A stretch of 52,216 bases of DNA from a virus (taxonomy: Duplodnaviria; Caudoviricetes), in IMG/VR virus record IMGVR_UViG_3300025655_003190, positions 1 to 52,216 of that record; one strand, written 5' to 3'. The notes below the pieces were generated by a model. That model saw only the letters and a list, made by a program, of their open reading frames with translations, was not told the DNA's origin and did no database searches. How positions within the stretch are numbered: the first letter of the stretch is position 1; each line of letters starts with the position of its first letter. Below, in pieces: positions 39,289 through 47,579 of this stretch. The position numbers and the translations under genes were made by a program.

Positions 39289-40229
39289 TTGAACATCAAC
39301 GGTTTTAAATGTGCCCAGGATTCACCCTTACGATGCTCTGTGCCGGTCCACTGAGTGTATGCAATATCGTATTTCCATTGCGTTAAGTCTATATCATATG
39401 ATAAGTTTTCTATCTGTGATAAATCTCTATGTGCAACTGGCCAGATCATTGACCCATCGTCTAAGGCAAACGTTGGAATACCTTCGCATATTGATTCAAT
39501 GCTGCTTAGACTATTATATGTAACCACACAATATGCTTCTGCTAGATCTTGATATAGTCCGTCGGCTTTTGTAGGGGTTGATAGATAATCTGATAAATCG
39601 TCTGTTCGATCACTAACTGTAATATGTTTATCTTTAAGTTTTTTCTGTAACTGCGTTGCTAGTTTTATTCCTCGTTCTCGATTCCTAGGATGCGGACGAA
39701 TTACAATAGGACGATCTGAATATTTTCTAATTTCATATATAATGTCTTCAACCCAATTATAAAAACTTTCATACCCTTTAGCGTATAAACTTAATAGACT
39801 AGAGTCATTTTCTTTTTGGCCCATTATGAGAATATTTTTTCCTGGACTATTCCAGTCTTTAAATGTAATACCTGTTTCTTGTTCGAACTTCCGCCAACGA
39901 TCGGGAGGGGAATTTTCATTACCAAACACCCCTTCTGTCCATTTATAACTATACCATCCAAGCCTTGCCCATCCTAGATGTCTACGAAAACTTGGTGATT
40001 CATTAACTAGATATGGTTTTCCTGAATCTTTAATATATAGATATGCGTCGCGTCTAAGATCATTTCTTAATATCTTAGGTTTAATTAAATTAGTTTGTAT
40101 ATAACAATCGCCATCGTCAGCATCTTGCCATTTTTTTATCAAGAATTGATCACCATGTCTCTTTAGTCCTTTTTCAAGTCCTGGAAAAGCGGACTTTAAC
40201 GCATATTCAATCCCGTAAAGAGTAATCAT
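39285..40229 (-). CDS. KpsS/KpsC-like protein, paralogue 5
   Basis: MGQKENDSS (QxxxD)...SDRPIVIRPHP...TYNSLSSIESICEGIP...TQWTGTEHRKG. Confidence 0.7.
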   Translation of the reverse strand: MITLYGIEYALKSAFPGLEKGLKRHGDQFLIKKWQDADDGDCYIQTNLIKPKILRNDLRRDAYLYIKDSGKPYLVNESPSFRRHLGWARLGWYSYKWTEGVFGNENSPPDRWRKFEQETGITFKDWNSPGKNILIMGQKENDSSLLSLYAKGYESFYNWVEDIIYEIRKYSDRPIVIRPHPRNRERGIKLATQLQKKLKDKHITVSDRTDDLSDYLSTPTKADGLYQDLAEAYCVVTYNSLSSIESICEGIPTFALDDGSMIWPVAHRDLSQIENLSYDIDLTQWKYDIAYTQWTGTEHRKGESWAHLKPLMFK

Positions 40230-40909
40230 AAACCGTGCTGTTCACAGTATTCGGTAAAAATACGTTCGCGATGCCATTCGCTACCCATTGGCGTATTAGC
40301 AAACTCGTGGAAACTTGGTGTGCCTAATGTATAATGCAACAATTTAGCATCAGGATTCTCACCGTATTCATCAGGAAGCCAATTCCACTCAGGTGGCAGT
40401 TCACCGATGCGTTCATCTTTAATCCAACTAAAACGATGCAAGTGCGAGCCGGTTGATTTTTGAATGTAGTCTGGTTTCAATATGCGGTTAGGATGACTAT
40501 TGCAGTTCCAAAGTATTACGCTTGACCAGTTCTTGCGTGGATAATTTTCGTTTTTGCTACCTAAATACTTGGTAGTCATTTTAGTTTCATAATCGTGTTT
40601 AACTACCATTACGTCTTTGTCTGCTTCACGCAATTCCCAAAGTTTGACAATATCATCGCGCACAATCATATCGCCATCCATAAAGATAGCCCATCCAATA
40701 TAATCCATTAAGTGCGGAACAAGGAATCTACTATAGATAAAGTGATTGCTTCCATCTGTATGTGTTTCTTTATAATCGTCAAACAAATTTAATGCAAGCG
40801 GAATAATTGAAACCGGCTTACTTGCGTGTCTAATAATTGAATTAGCACACGTGTGATATGCTATTGCTTCTCGTGGATCGTATCCGATAAAAATTGGAAT
40901 TGGTTTCAT
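40226..40909 (-). CDS. Glycosyltransferase GT-A (GT8-like)
   Basis: IFIGYDPRE, SRFLVP, FMDGDM, YPRKNWSS, HYTLGTP. Confidence 0.8.
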   Translation of the reverse strand: MKPIPIFIGYDPREAIAYHTCANSIIRHASKPVSIIPLALNLFDDYKETHTDGSNHFIYSRFLVPHLMDYIGWAIFMDGDMIVRDDIVKLWELREADKDVMVVKHDYETKMTTKYLGSKNENYPRKNWSSVILWNCNSHPNRILKPDYIQKSTGSHLHRFSWIKDERIGELPPEWNWLPDEYGENPDAKLLHYTLGTPSFHEFANTPMGSEWHRERIFTEYCEQHGL

Positions 40910-41679
40910 AATCTTGTAATGTCGTCTTCGTCGCAGCGATTACCGTATTGTATTTCTACCACTCTACACGGTTTGTTAAATGGATTGGTTAATTGGTGCC
41001 ACTCGCCGCAGATAATAGTAAATTCGTCATGCTTTTCTAATTGTTTTGGAGGCATTGTGTATCCAGATTCTAATCTACTATTAACAATGCATTTACCTTC
41101 ACTAACAAGCCAATACTCATTACGCTGTGCATGCTTTTGCATAGATAAACTCTTACCTGGATCGACTGTAAGCTCTTTTACCTTACAGCCTTCTACTTCG
41201 TGTAGCACACGATAATATCCCCATTGGCGAGTTGTTTTTGGTGATTTCCATTCTTCAAGTATCCATGAGCTACTATTTGCTTTATCTTCGCCGCCAACTC
41301 CAAACACAAACTCTACTTCTTCAAATACCATTTCTGGAATGTTATCTCGAGTTCTATCTCCGCCGTTAGCGAATATTACACTATCAAACGGAATCCAGTT
41401 ACGTGTATCATTTTTAACGCTAAGAGCGTATTCAATTGCTTTACAAGCAGATCCGTCCGAATCATCAAATGCAACAACTTCGTCAACGCAGCCAAGTGCT
41501 TCAACAATAGCAGCACGCTCGTGCCACGGCATAAACGAACGTCCTTTTTTACGAACAAGCCAGTCATCAGAATTTACGCCTACAATTAAATAAGCGCCTA
41601 AATCTTTTGCTGCTTCTAGGTAGCGGATATGTCCGCTGTGAAGGGGATCAAATCCCCCAGTGGCTACTACAATTTTCAT
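40906..41679 (-). CDS. Cytidylyl/nucleotidyltransferase (TagD/RfaE-like) fused to a type II phosphomannose-isomerase-like cupin
   Basis: TGGFDPLHSGH (HxGH), GVNSD, ANGGDR, SSS; then RQWGYY...SLSMQKH...EYW...WHQLTN...EIQYG...EDDI. Confidence 0.88.
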   Translation of the reverse strand: MKIVVATGGFDPLHSGHIRYLEAAKDLGAYLIVGVNSDDWLVRKKGRSFMPWHERAAIVEALGCVDEVVAFDDSDGSACKAIEYALSVKNDTRNWIPFDSVIFANGGDRTRDNIPEMVFEEVEFVFGVGGEDKANSSSWILEEWKSPKTTRQWGYYRVLHEVEGCKVKELTVDPGKSLSMQKHAQRNEYWLVSEGKCIVNSRLESGYTMPPKQLEKHDEFTIICGEWHQLTNPFNKPCRVVEIQYGNRCDEDDITRL

Positions 41680-41713
41680 TGTAGTATTTATTATATACGT
41701 ATATAACTATGAC

Positions 41714-42466
41714 TTAATCAAAACCGTGCCAGATTTTACTGCCGTCAAGCCAGCTCAAAATTAAATCTTGATGTCTGAGATATCCAAAACGATTAATACT
41801 ATCCTTGGCGCTATCAGGTAACAAATCAGTCTCTAATAAATCATACCATGAGGTATTTCTCGGATCTTGCGGGCTACTAACTTTATACGTAATAGCCTTT
41901 AGCCAACGTTCCTCTGGTCTTTTTTGCATAAATGCACATTCAAAACCAGACAATGCAAGCATATACATTAAACTTACAGTAGTGTAATGATAGAAGGTAT
42001 TACTTTGAAGTGTAATATGCATTTGGTTATTCATCATTTCAACCGAAGTTGGCACTTGAATTATTAACATTCCGCCGTCGGACATTACACGGTTCCACTC
42101 TGCTAAAGTATTATACGGATTTAATGCATAATGGAAAGCATTATGACACCATACTACATCATATAGCTTGTCTTTTTTGTGTTCAAGATTTTCAAAATCA
42201 GCACGTTTATATGTTACATTTTTGTACTTTTGTGCCAATGACAAATTTTTATGTTTTTTATCAATGCCTGTGCAATCAATATTTAACGGTATTCTTCGAT
42301 CATTGTCGTCTAAAATTGCCGCTGTTGCCCATCGTTCAAGATCATCGCCGTCGCCACAGCCCATGTCGCAAAATGTATCAACTGATTCTAAGAAATTTTC
42401 ATATCCAAATAATGTGTTTAACGTGCTTTCTGCAACTGCACGCGATTCTTCGTCTGTAATATTCAT
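41714..42466 (-). CDS. Class I SAM-dependent methyltransferase
   Basis: CDMGCGDG, GID, YDVVWCHNAFHY, GGMLIIQVP. Confidence 0.82.
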   Translation of the reverse strand: MNITDEESRAVAESTLNTLFGYENFLESVDTFCDMGCGDGDDLERWATAAILDDNDRRIPLNIDCTGIDKKHKNLSLAQKYKNVTYKRADFENLEHKKDKLYDVVWCHNAFHYALNPYNTLAEWNRVMSDGGMLIIQVPTSVEMMNNQMHITLQSNTFYHYTTVSLMYMLALSGFECAFMQKRPEERWLKAITYKVSSPQDPRNTSWYDLLETDLLPDSAKDSINRFGYLRHQDLILSWLDGSKIWHGFD

Positions 42467-43455
42467 AATAAAGATTGTATAATATTTTGAAACTTTTGTT
42501 GATGCATATTGTACAATCTTCCAAGTAGTTCTCGGTTATTATGTAATCGATTGTATATATGCATTCTAATGTTATTTAAGTTGCTCAATGATTTATTGCG
42601 TAAAAAGTCATCAATACTTTGCGTTACCATTTGGTATCGACGTTCTTGACCAAGTTCGTTATCATAGCTATGATCTATTAGATCATCAAACAAATCAAAA
42701 CCTAAATTTCTTACACTCTTAACTAACCCTGGAACAGCAAACCAGACCGGAATTTGATAATATGCAAATGCCTTGAACGTTTTTTCAGTGATGAAAATAC
42801 TTCTCCAGAGACGTTCAGTTGAAGCCTGCTCACTGGTTTCTAAAATTACATTTAATAAGGAATTATAAAAAATATTATCTGTGTGATGATGTTGTTGAGT
42901 ATCTGTTTCAACAACTCCGTCGATATAAATTGGAAATGTGTACGGAGCCATTGATTGTTTATATTCTTCTGGCCACTTAGTGGATCCAGACCCACAACTA
43001 ACTACACCTTTATAGTTAAGATCTAATAATTGTCGAATTGCTGTAATTCGATTATATGATGCACGCCTTGCTAGTGCAATGAAATGATTTTCAATCTTAA
43101 TATTTCGAAAATCAATATGTAAACTATGTCTGTAGAACCCACAATGAGCCACCATATGCTCTACAAATTTTGCAGCTGGGTATCCTAATCTATCAAGAGG
43201 AATATCAACGTTATACAGAACACTGACATCTAATGTTTTACCAGTGTTTTCTTGTATACTCTGTAATGCTAACTCAATATATTTTGGATCGACACCTTCG
43301 TTGCAGCAATTAAACAACCAGCGTTTACTGAATATATCTGTTATATCTTGTTGGTTTGCAAACTCTGTAAGTTCTTCGAAGAATCTAAGATTTACAACTT
43401 TGTCGAAATCTTGATTCCAAAATTGATATATTATCCTTTCACTAGACTGTGACAT
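42463..43455 (-). CDS. Putative glycosyltransferase (GT10/GT-B-like C-terminal motif)
   Basis: NVILET...FITEKTFK...GFDLFDDLIDHSYD. Confidence 0.5.
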   Translation of the reverse strand: MSQSSERIIYQFWNQDFDKVVNLRFFEELTEFANQQDITDIFSKRWLFNCCNEGVDPKYIELALQSIQENTGKTLDVSVLYNVDIPLDRLGYPAAKFVEHMVAHCGFYRHSLHIDFRNIKIENHFIALARRASYNRITAIRQLLDLNYKGVVSCGSGSTKWPEEYKQSMAPYTFPIYIDGVVETDTQQHHHTDNIFYNSLLNVILETSEQASTERLWRSIFITEKTFKAFAYYQIPVWFAVPGLVKSVRNLGFDLFDDLIDHSYDNELGQERRYQMVTQSIDDFLRNKSLSNLNNIRMHIYNRLHNNRELLGRLYNMHQQKFQNIIQSLL

Positions 43456-43894
43456 CTTCCATGCCAGCAGTACGTAATTTAACAATATGTCCCATTTGCC
43501 ATTGTTTAGCATCAAGCCCTTTCATAATACCTAGCCATCGATTACGTAACAATGCTACTTCGTTAATAAGGAGTTCCATGTCAATGACTTCTCCTTCGCC
43601 GTCTACATACTTTTCAGCGTCACGGCTAGACAAAGCGCGACTATACCCTTCTAAATATTTTTGAAAATGCTTGCGTCGTATTTTACGCAATTCAATATTA
43701 AGAAAATTTAACACAGCTTCGATTTCTTGAAGCTGGTTAAATCTTTGTTCAGTAACGCCCGGAAGCAACTTAATATTACTTTCTACATTGCCACCAATCC
43801 GAACCTCACGTTTAGCCTCTTGAAGTTCATCCATATAATAATCGATAAACTCAGGAAGTCTTGAAAGATCCTGCGTTACTTTGTTATACCACAT
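43442..43894 (-). CDS. uvsY: Recombination mediator, UvsY-like
   Basis: Helical 150 aa with AEKYVDGE...IMKGLDAKQWQMGHIVKLRTAG; two genes downstream of uvsX. Confidence 0.75.
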   Translation of the reverse strand: MWYNKVTQDLSRLPEFIDYYMDELQEAKREVRIGGNVESNIKLLPGVTEQRFNQLQEIEAVLNFLNIELRKIRRKHFQKYLEGYSRALSSRDAEKYVDGEGEVIDMELLINEVALLRNRWLGIMKGLDAKQWQMGHIVKLRTAGMEDVTV

Positions 43895-44160
43895 TAGTAA
43901 GTATCGTTGTCGTCGTCGTAAAAACTGTATTCGTCTTCTTCGTCAATTTCGTCTTCGTATTCTGAATGATCTTCAACATACTCTAATAGACTTTTCTTTA
44001 CATTTGTATCTTGTGCAACTTCCATAAGTTCTTGGGCATCAAACCCATTTTCGACCAAAACTTGCACAAAATCGTCGGCTGCTGCCGAGAAGCCGCCGCT
44101 AATATGCGAACGCAATGCTTCCCAAATTTCCATTGCTAAATCAGGACTCATGTTCTTCAT
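43894..44160 (-). CDS. Small acidic hypothetical protein
   Basis: 88-aa ORF between uvsX and uvsY. Confidence 0.65.
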   Translation of the reverse strand: MKNMSPDLAMEIWEALRSHISGGFSAAADDFVQVLVENGFDAQELMEVAQDTNVKKSLLEYVEDHSEYEDEIDEEDEYSFYDDDNDTY

Positions 44161-45265
44161 TATCTCCTACTTCTAGAACGTCCGTATTAACATCTTCAAT
44201 GATGTCATCTGTTACGTTTGCTTCTTCGTTACTTATCTGTTCTTCAGCAAAAGCAAAATCTTGCATGAGCCTATCAAGAATCCCATCGTCGTTATTTTCC
44301 CAAGCCTTACGGAAAGCAAGTACTTCTTCACCTGTACTGCGTTCTACAAAACGTAGCCGATTGCCTTGCTTAGTAAGCAAACCTTTCTTTTCGGCTAAAT
44401 CAACCAGACCAGAATATGGATTCATGCCAGTTTCATACGGGATTTTAACTTGTACTGCTTCAAATGGTTTTGCATAGCGAGTCTTCATAACCTTACATGC
44501 AGCGCGAATACCATGTACGTCAGAAGTCTTATTACCATCCTCATCTTCTTTGAGCTTCAATTTACGCATTGCTACAACAATTGAAGATGCATAGATAAAG
44601 CCTTGACCGCCGCTAATCTTGTCATCTGGATCAAACATATCTTGCGAAGCGTATGTGTGGTTAGTTGCTACCAAGCCTACATTGTAAGCCCCGATCATGT
44701 TTACTGTGTTGCGCACAAGTGCAGTAAGTGCTTTAGGCTTACGACCCAAATCACCTTTCATATCGCCTTTTTCAAATTGATCAACATCCGTTGGAGTCAA
44801 CAACATGCCCAACGAATCGATGATAAACAACACCTTAGGACGTTCTTCGTCTGGCATTGATTTATAATCTTTCATAAACATCGAAATAGTTTTAGCAACG
44901 TCGTCAATCATGCTCATACTCAGTTTTAGCAGTTTATCTTCCGAGGTATCAACACCCAATGCGTGTAGCCACTGTTCATCAAGTGCGTTTTCTGAGTCAA
45001 TCATTACAACAAAAATACCTTGTTGCTGGGCGTGTTTAGCAATGTTGCCAGATACAAAGTATGATTTGCCTGCGCCCGATTCTCCTGCGAATACAGTAAC
45101 CTTGCCCATTGGCACACCTTTATGGAAATCGCCACTAATAAGGTAGTTTAGAGCATAGTTGCCTGTTGAAATCCAATCGGTTGGATCATTGAACCCAATG
45201 GATAGTCCGTCAATACTTTTTGTAATATCCTTCCGGAACTTACTTACATCAAATGGTTTAGCCAT
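44141..45265 (-). CDS. uvsX: RecA/UvsX recombinase
   Basis: GESGAGKS, DSENA, IDSLG, SGGQG, KTR. Confidence 0.92.
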   Translation of the reverse strand: MAKPFDVSKFRKDITKSIDGLSIGFNDPTDWISTGNYALNYLISGDFHKGVPMGKVTVFAGESGAGKSYFVSGNIAKHAQQQGIFVVMIDSENALDEQWLHALGVDTSEDKLLKLSMSMIDDVAKTISMFMKDYKSMPDEERPKVLFIIDSLGMLLTPTDVDQFEKGDMKGDLGRKPKALTALVRNTVNMIGAYNVGLVATNHTYASQDMFDPDDKISGGQGFIYASSIVVAMRKLKLKEDEDGNKTSDVHGIRAACKVMKTRYAKPFEAVQVKIPYETGMNPYSGLVDLAEKKGLLTKQGNRLRFVERSTGEEVLAFRKAWENNDDGILDRLMQDFAFAEEQISNEEANVTDDIIEDVNTDVLEVGDNEEHES

Positions 45266-45289
45266 ATTTTTATCCTTTAATTTTTAAAT

Positions 45290-45319
45290 ATTATAGCACA
45301 AATTATGCTACTTTATCAA
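45290..45319 (-). promoter_or_regulatory. Sigma70-type promoter for uvsX
   Basis: TTGATA-18 nt-TATAAT with extended TG. Confidence 0.6.
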
Positions 45320-46244
45320 GATATTTTTTATAATTTCCACTATAGAAATGATCATAGTTAAATTCAATAGTGTCGTGTTCTAGCAAATACAAGTCATTCC
45401 AGTCATCGTAACTAAGCACACTAAATTTTGAAAGTGTGCTGAATAACTCAACTAAGCGAGTAATTGGATTCATAATCGAATCAAAATTATAGTCAAATAT
45501 CTTAAAAGGTTTGAACCCAAAATTCTTTTCTAAGTGTTTATGCCAACCAGGTTGTGCATATGCTAAAAATAAACCTCTATTTGTAACGCTATACAGAAAT
45601 TTTTCAGTAACAAAAGGGTAATAGCTAGTTGCCATAGTTTCACTAACTATATGTACAAAACTTTCTACTATTGGTTTTGATAACACTTTAACATTATGAG
45701 CATGATTAAACCGTGTGTAATCTAAACTATAAATTTGATTAGCAAACTGCTCGTCAATGTTAAAAAATTTATTATAAAAACGTTCGTTTGTGCCTACGAA
45801 ATCTTTAACGTGGCCAGCTATCTCGTCTAATTCAAAAACAAAGTTTTTAGTTGCATAACCTTGCTTAAACCATTTAAACTTTTTAGTAATCGCTGTTAAT
45901 AGCTTTCTGCTAACATGTCTTCCGCCGTTAAACGTACAAAGAAAATTTCTTAAATTTCGTACAGGGTGAATACGATAATCTTCAAATTGATCGATGAAAT
46001 TATTTTTAATCCACATATCTAACGAAAAGTTCAAATTTAGATTTGGATACTTTTCTTTAATAGTTTGATCAAAAATGTATTCACAGCATACTTGCCCTGC
46101 ATACTCTCGGTTCAACTCGTTAAGCACCCAAGACTCGATGTTCTCATCAAATGCGCCAATATGATCTACTAGCTCAATTACATCGCTATCAATACTAGCA
46201 ATATCTTTTTGTAGATCATTATATAACGGGCCAATCCGAGTCAA
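45303..46244 (-). CDS. Putative glycosyltransferase, paralogue of 42463-43455
   Basis: HIVSET...FVTEKFLY...GFKPFKIFDYNFD; TTG start with AGGA RBS. Confidence 0.5.
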   Translation of the reverse strand: MTRIGPLYNDLQKDIASIDSDVIELVDHIGAFDENIESWVLNELNREYAGQVCCEYIFDQTIKEKYPNLNLNFSLDMWIKNNFIDQFEDYRIHPVRNLRNFLCTFNGGRHVSRKLLTAITKKFKWFKQGYATKNFVFELDEIAGHVKDFVGTNERFYNKFFNIDEQFANQIYSLDYTRFNHAHNVKVLSKPIVESFVHIVSETMATSYYPFVTEKFLYSVTNRGLFLAYAQPGWHKHLEKNFGFKPFKIFDYNFDSIMNPITRLVELFSTLSKFSVLSYDDWNDLYLLEHDTIEFNYDHFYSGNYKKYLDKVA

Positions 46245-46331
46245 TGCCTATCCTTTTGCCAAACAATATAGAAATTGTCCGATCAAAACAAACTCTAAAA
46301 TAATTAGTAGGTCTATCATATCAGTTCTCAG

Positions 46332-46375
46332 AAAAAAGAAGGACTCAACACCCGAGAAAGACCTCGGGTGCGAGT
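46332..46375 (-). terminator. Intrinsic terminator after the SSB gene
   Basis: CACCCGAG-6 nt-CTCGGGTG stem extended by ACTC/GAGT, then a T-rich tail on the minus strand. Confidence 0.78.
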
Positions 46376-46389
46376 ATTATACCTTTAAA

Positions 46390-47376
46390 TTATGAGGACT
46401 GCCGTGCGCGGATCATAGCAAGGATATCTTGTGCCTTGTCTGCGCCCGCTGCTGGCGCTGCTTCTACCTTAGGTTCTGCTGCTGGTGCAGGAGCAACGTT
46501 AGGTTCAAACGGAGGAGTAGTATCTTCTGCTACCGGCGCTGCCGTTTCTACCTTGGGTGCTGATTCTGGTGCCTTTGTTTCTGAATCACCAAAATTCATA
46601 CCAGCTGGTTTGAAATAAGACGCCCACTTGTCTGGATCGTATGCCTGGCCATCAACAGATGCTTCAAACATCTCTTGCATAACTTTCAGTTCAATATCGC
46701 CCGGCTTGTTAGGTAGGAAGGATTTGAGATCAAATAAGCCATACTTTTCAATCGCTTCCATTTCATCTGCAGAAAGTGCAGTTTCCTTACGAGCCCACGA
46801 CGAAGTGCTGTAATCAGCATACCCACCTTTAGTGGTCTTAATAATGCGGAAGTCAAGTCCATTGTTGTAATCAGTTGGCAATTCTTCCATATCTGGGTCC
46901 ATTAGTGAGGACTTAATAGTAGTAAAGATTTGCGGACTGATAATGAACCGACGAATTGGATTCTCAGGTGTCTTGTCATCTTCTAGTGGATTAGTGTGTA
47001 CAAAACCCTGGAACAAGTAACTACGCTTCTTCCAGTATTTACGGCCCATATCTTCAAGAGATGGATCCTTGAACCAAGTGCGAACTTCTGTCAAAATTGG
47101 ACACGTTTCATTCCACATTTCAACGCAGGGTACTGTCACAACAACCTGCTTGTTATCTCCGCCTACCACGCCGTTAAATGGCAAACGAATCATTTGGCGT
47201 TCAATCCAAAAGAATGGGTTGGAAGTGTCACCATCTGGAAGGAAGCGAACAGTTGCAGTATCCCCTTCGTTAATGTTCCAGTGTGGGTAAATGGCGTTGT
47301 CGCCTTGGAAAGTTGAACCACTAGCCTTGTTTTCTTGTGCTGCTAGTCGGGCACGAATATCTGCTAAAGATGCCAT
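46390..47376 (-). CDS. Single-stranded DNA-binding protein (T4 gp32-like)
   Basis: VRFLP, C...CP, YWKKRSY, GLDFRIIKT..GGYADYSTS; Ala/Pro-rich tail. Confidence 0.88.
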   Translation of the reverse strand: MASLADIRARLAAQENKASGSTFQGDNAIYPHWNINEGDTATVRFLPDGDTSNPFFWIERQMIRLPFNGVVGGDNKQVVVTVPCVEMWNETCPILTEVRTWFKDPSLEDMGRKYWKKRSYLFQGFVHTNPLEDDKTPENPIRRFIISPQIFTTIKSSLMDPDMEELPTDYNNGLDFRIIKTTKGGYADYSTSSWARKETALSADEMEAIEKYGLFDLKSFLPNKPGDIELKVMQEMFEASVDGQAYDPDKWASYFKPAGMNFGDSETKAPESAPKVETAAPVAEDTTPPFEPNVAPAPAAEPKVEAAPAAGADKAQDILAMIRARQSS

Positions 47377-47390
47377 AGTAAGTTTCTCCT

Positions 47391-47436
47391 TATGCCTTAT
47401 GCCTATGTTTTTTACCTTATGCCTAAGTGTATGCCT
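47391..47436 (-). repeat. Four AGGCATA repeats in the SSB 5' leader
   Basis: TATGCCT on the plus strand at 47391, 47398, 47418 and 47430, directly abutting the AGGAG RBS. Confidence 0.85.
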
Positions 47437-47486
47437 AGAATGTTTTTTCTAAAACAAACAAAACTATTGCTAACACTTACAGAGTA

Positions 47487-47516
47487 AGTATAGCATAAAA
47501 GTATTTAGCGTGTCAA
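47487..47516 (-). promoter_or_regulatory. Sigma70-type promoter for SSB with a TAAATA inside the spacer
   Basis: TTGACA-18 nt-TATACT with extended TG; TAAATA at 47502-47507. Confidence 0.75.
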
Positions 47517-47529
47517 TAATTTTTTAAAT

Positions 47530-47554
47530 AAAAAACGGGCCATTTAGGCCCGTT
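47530..47554 (-). terminator. Intrinsic terminator
   Basis: AACGGGCC-5 nt-GGCCCGTT with a T tract on the minus strand. Confidence 0.8.
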
Positions 47555-47579
47555 GTGTTTTAGCGTATATCGCTTGGAT

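Noticed and set aside
31691-43455. Bacterial capsule/LPS island (host contamination or chimera)
   Set aside because: No transporter or polymerase genes, phage late-type elements inside the locus, and seamless overlap with uvsY and other phage genes.
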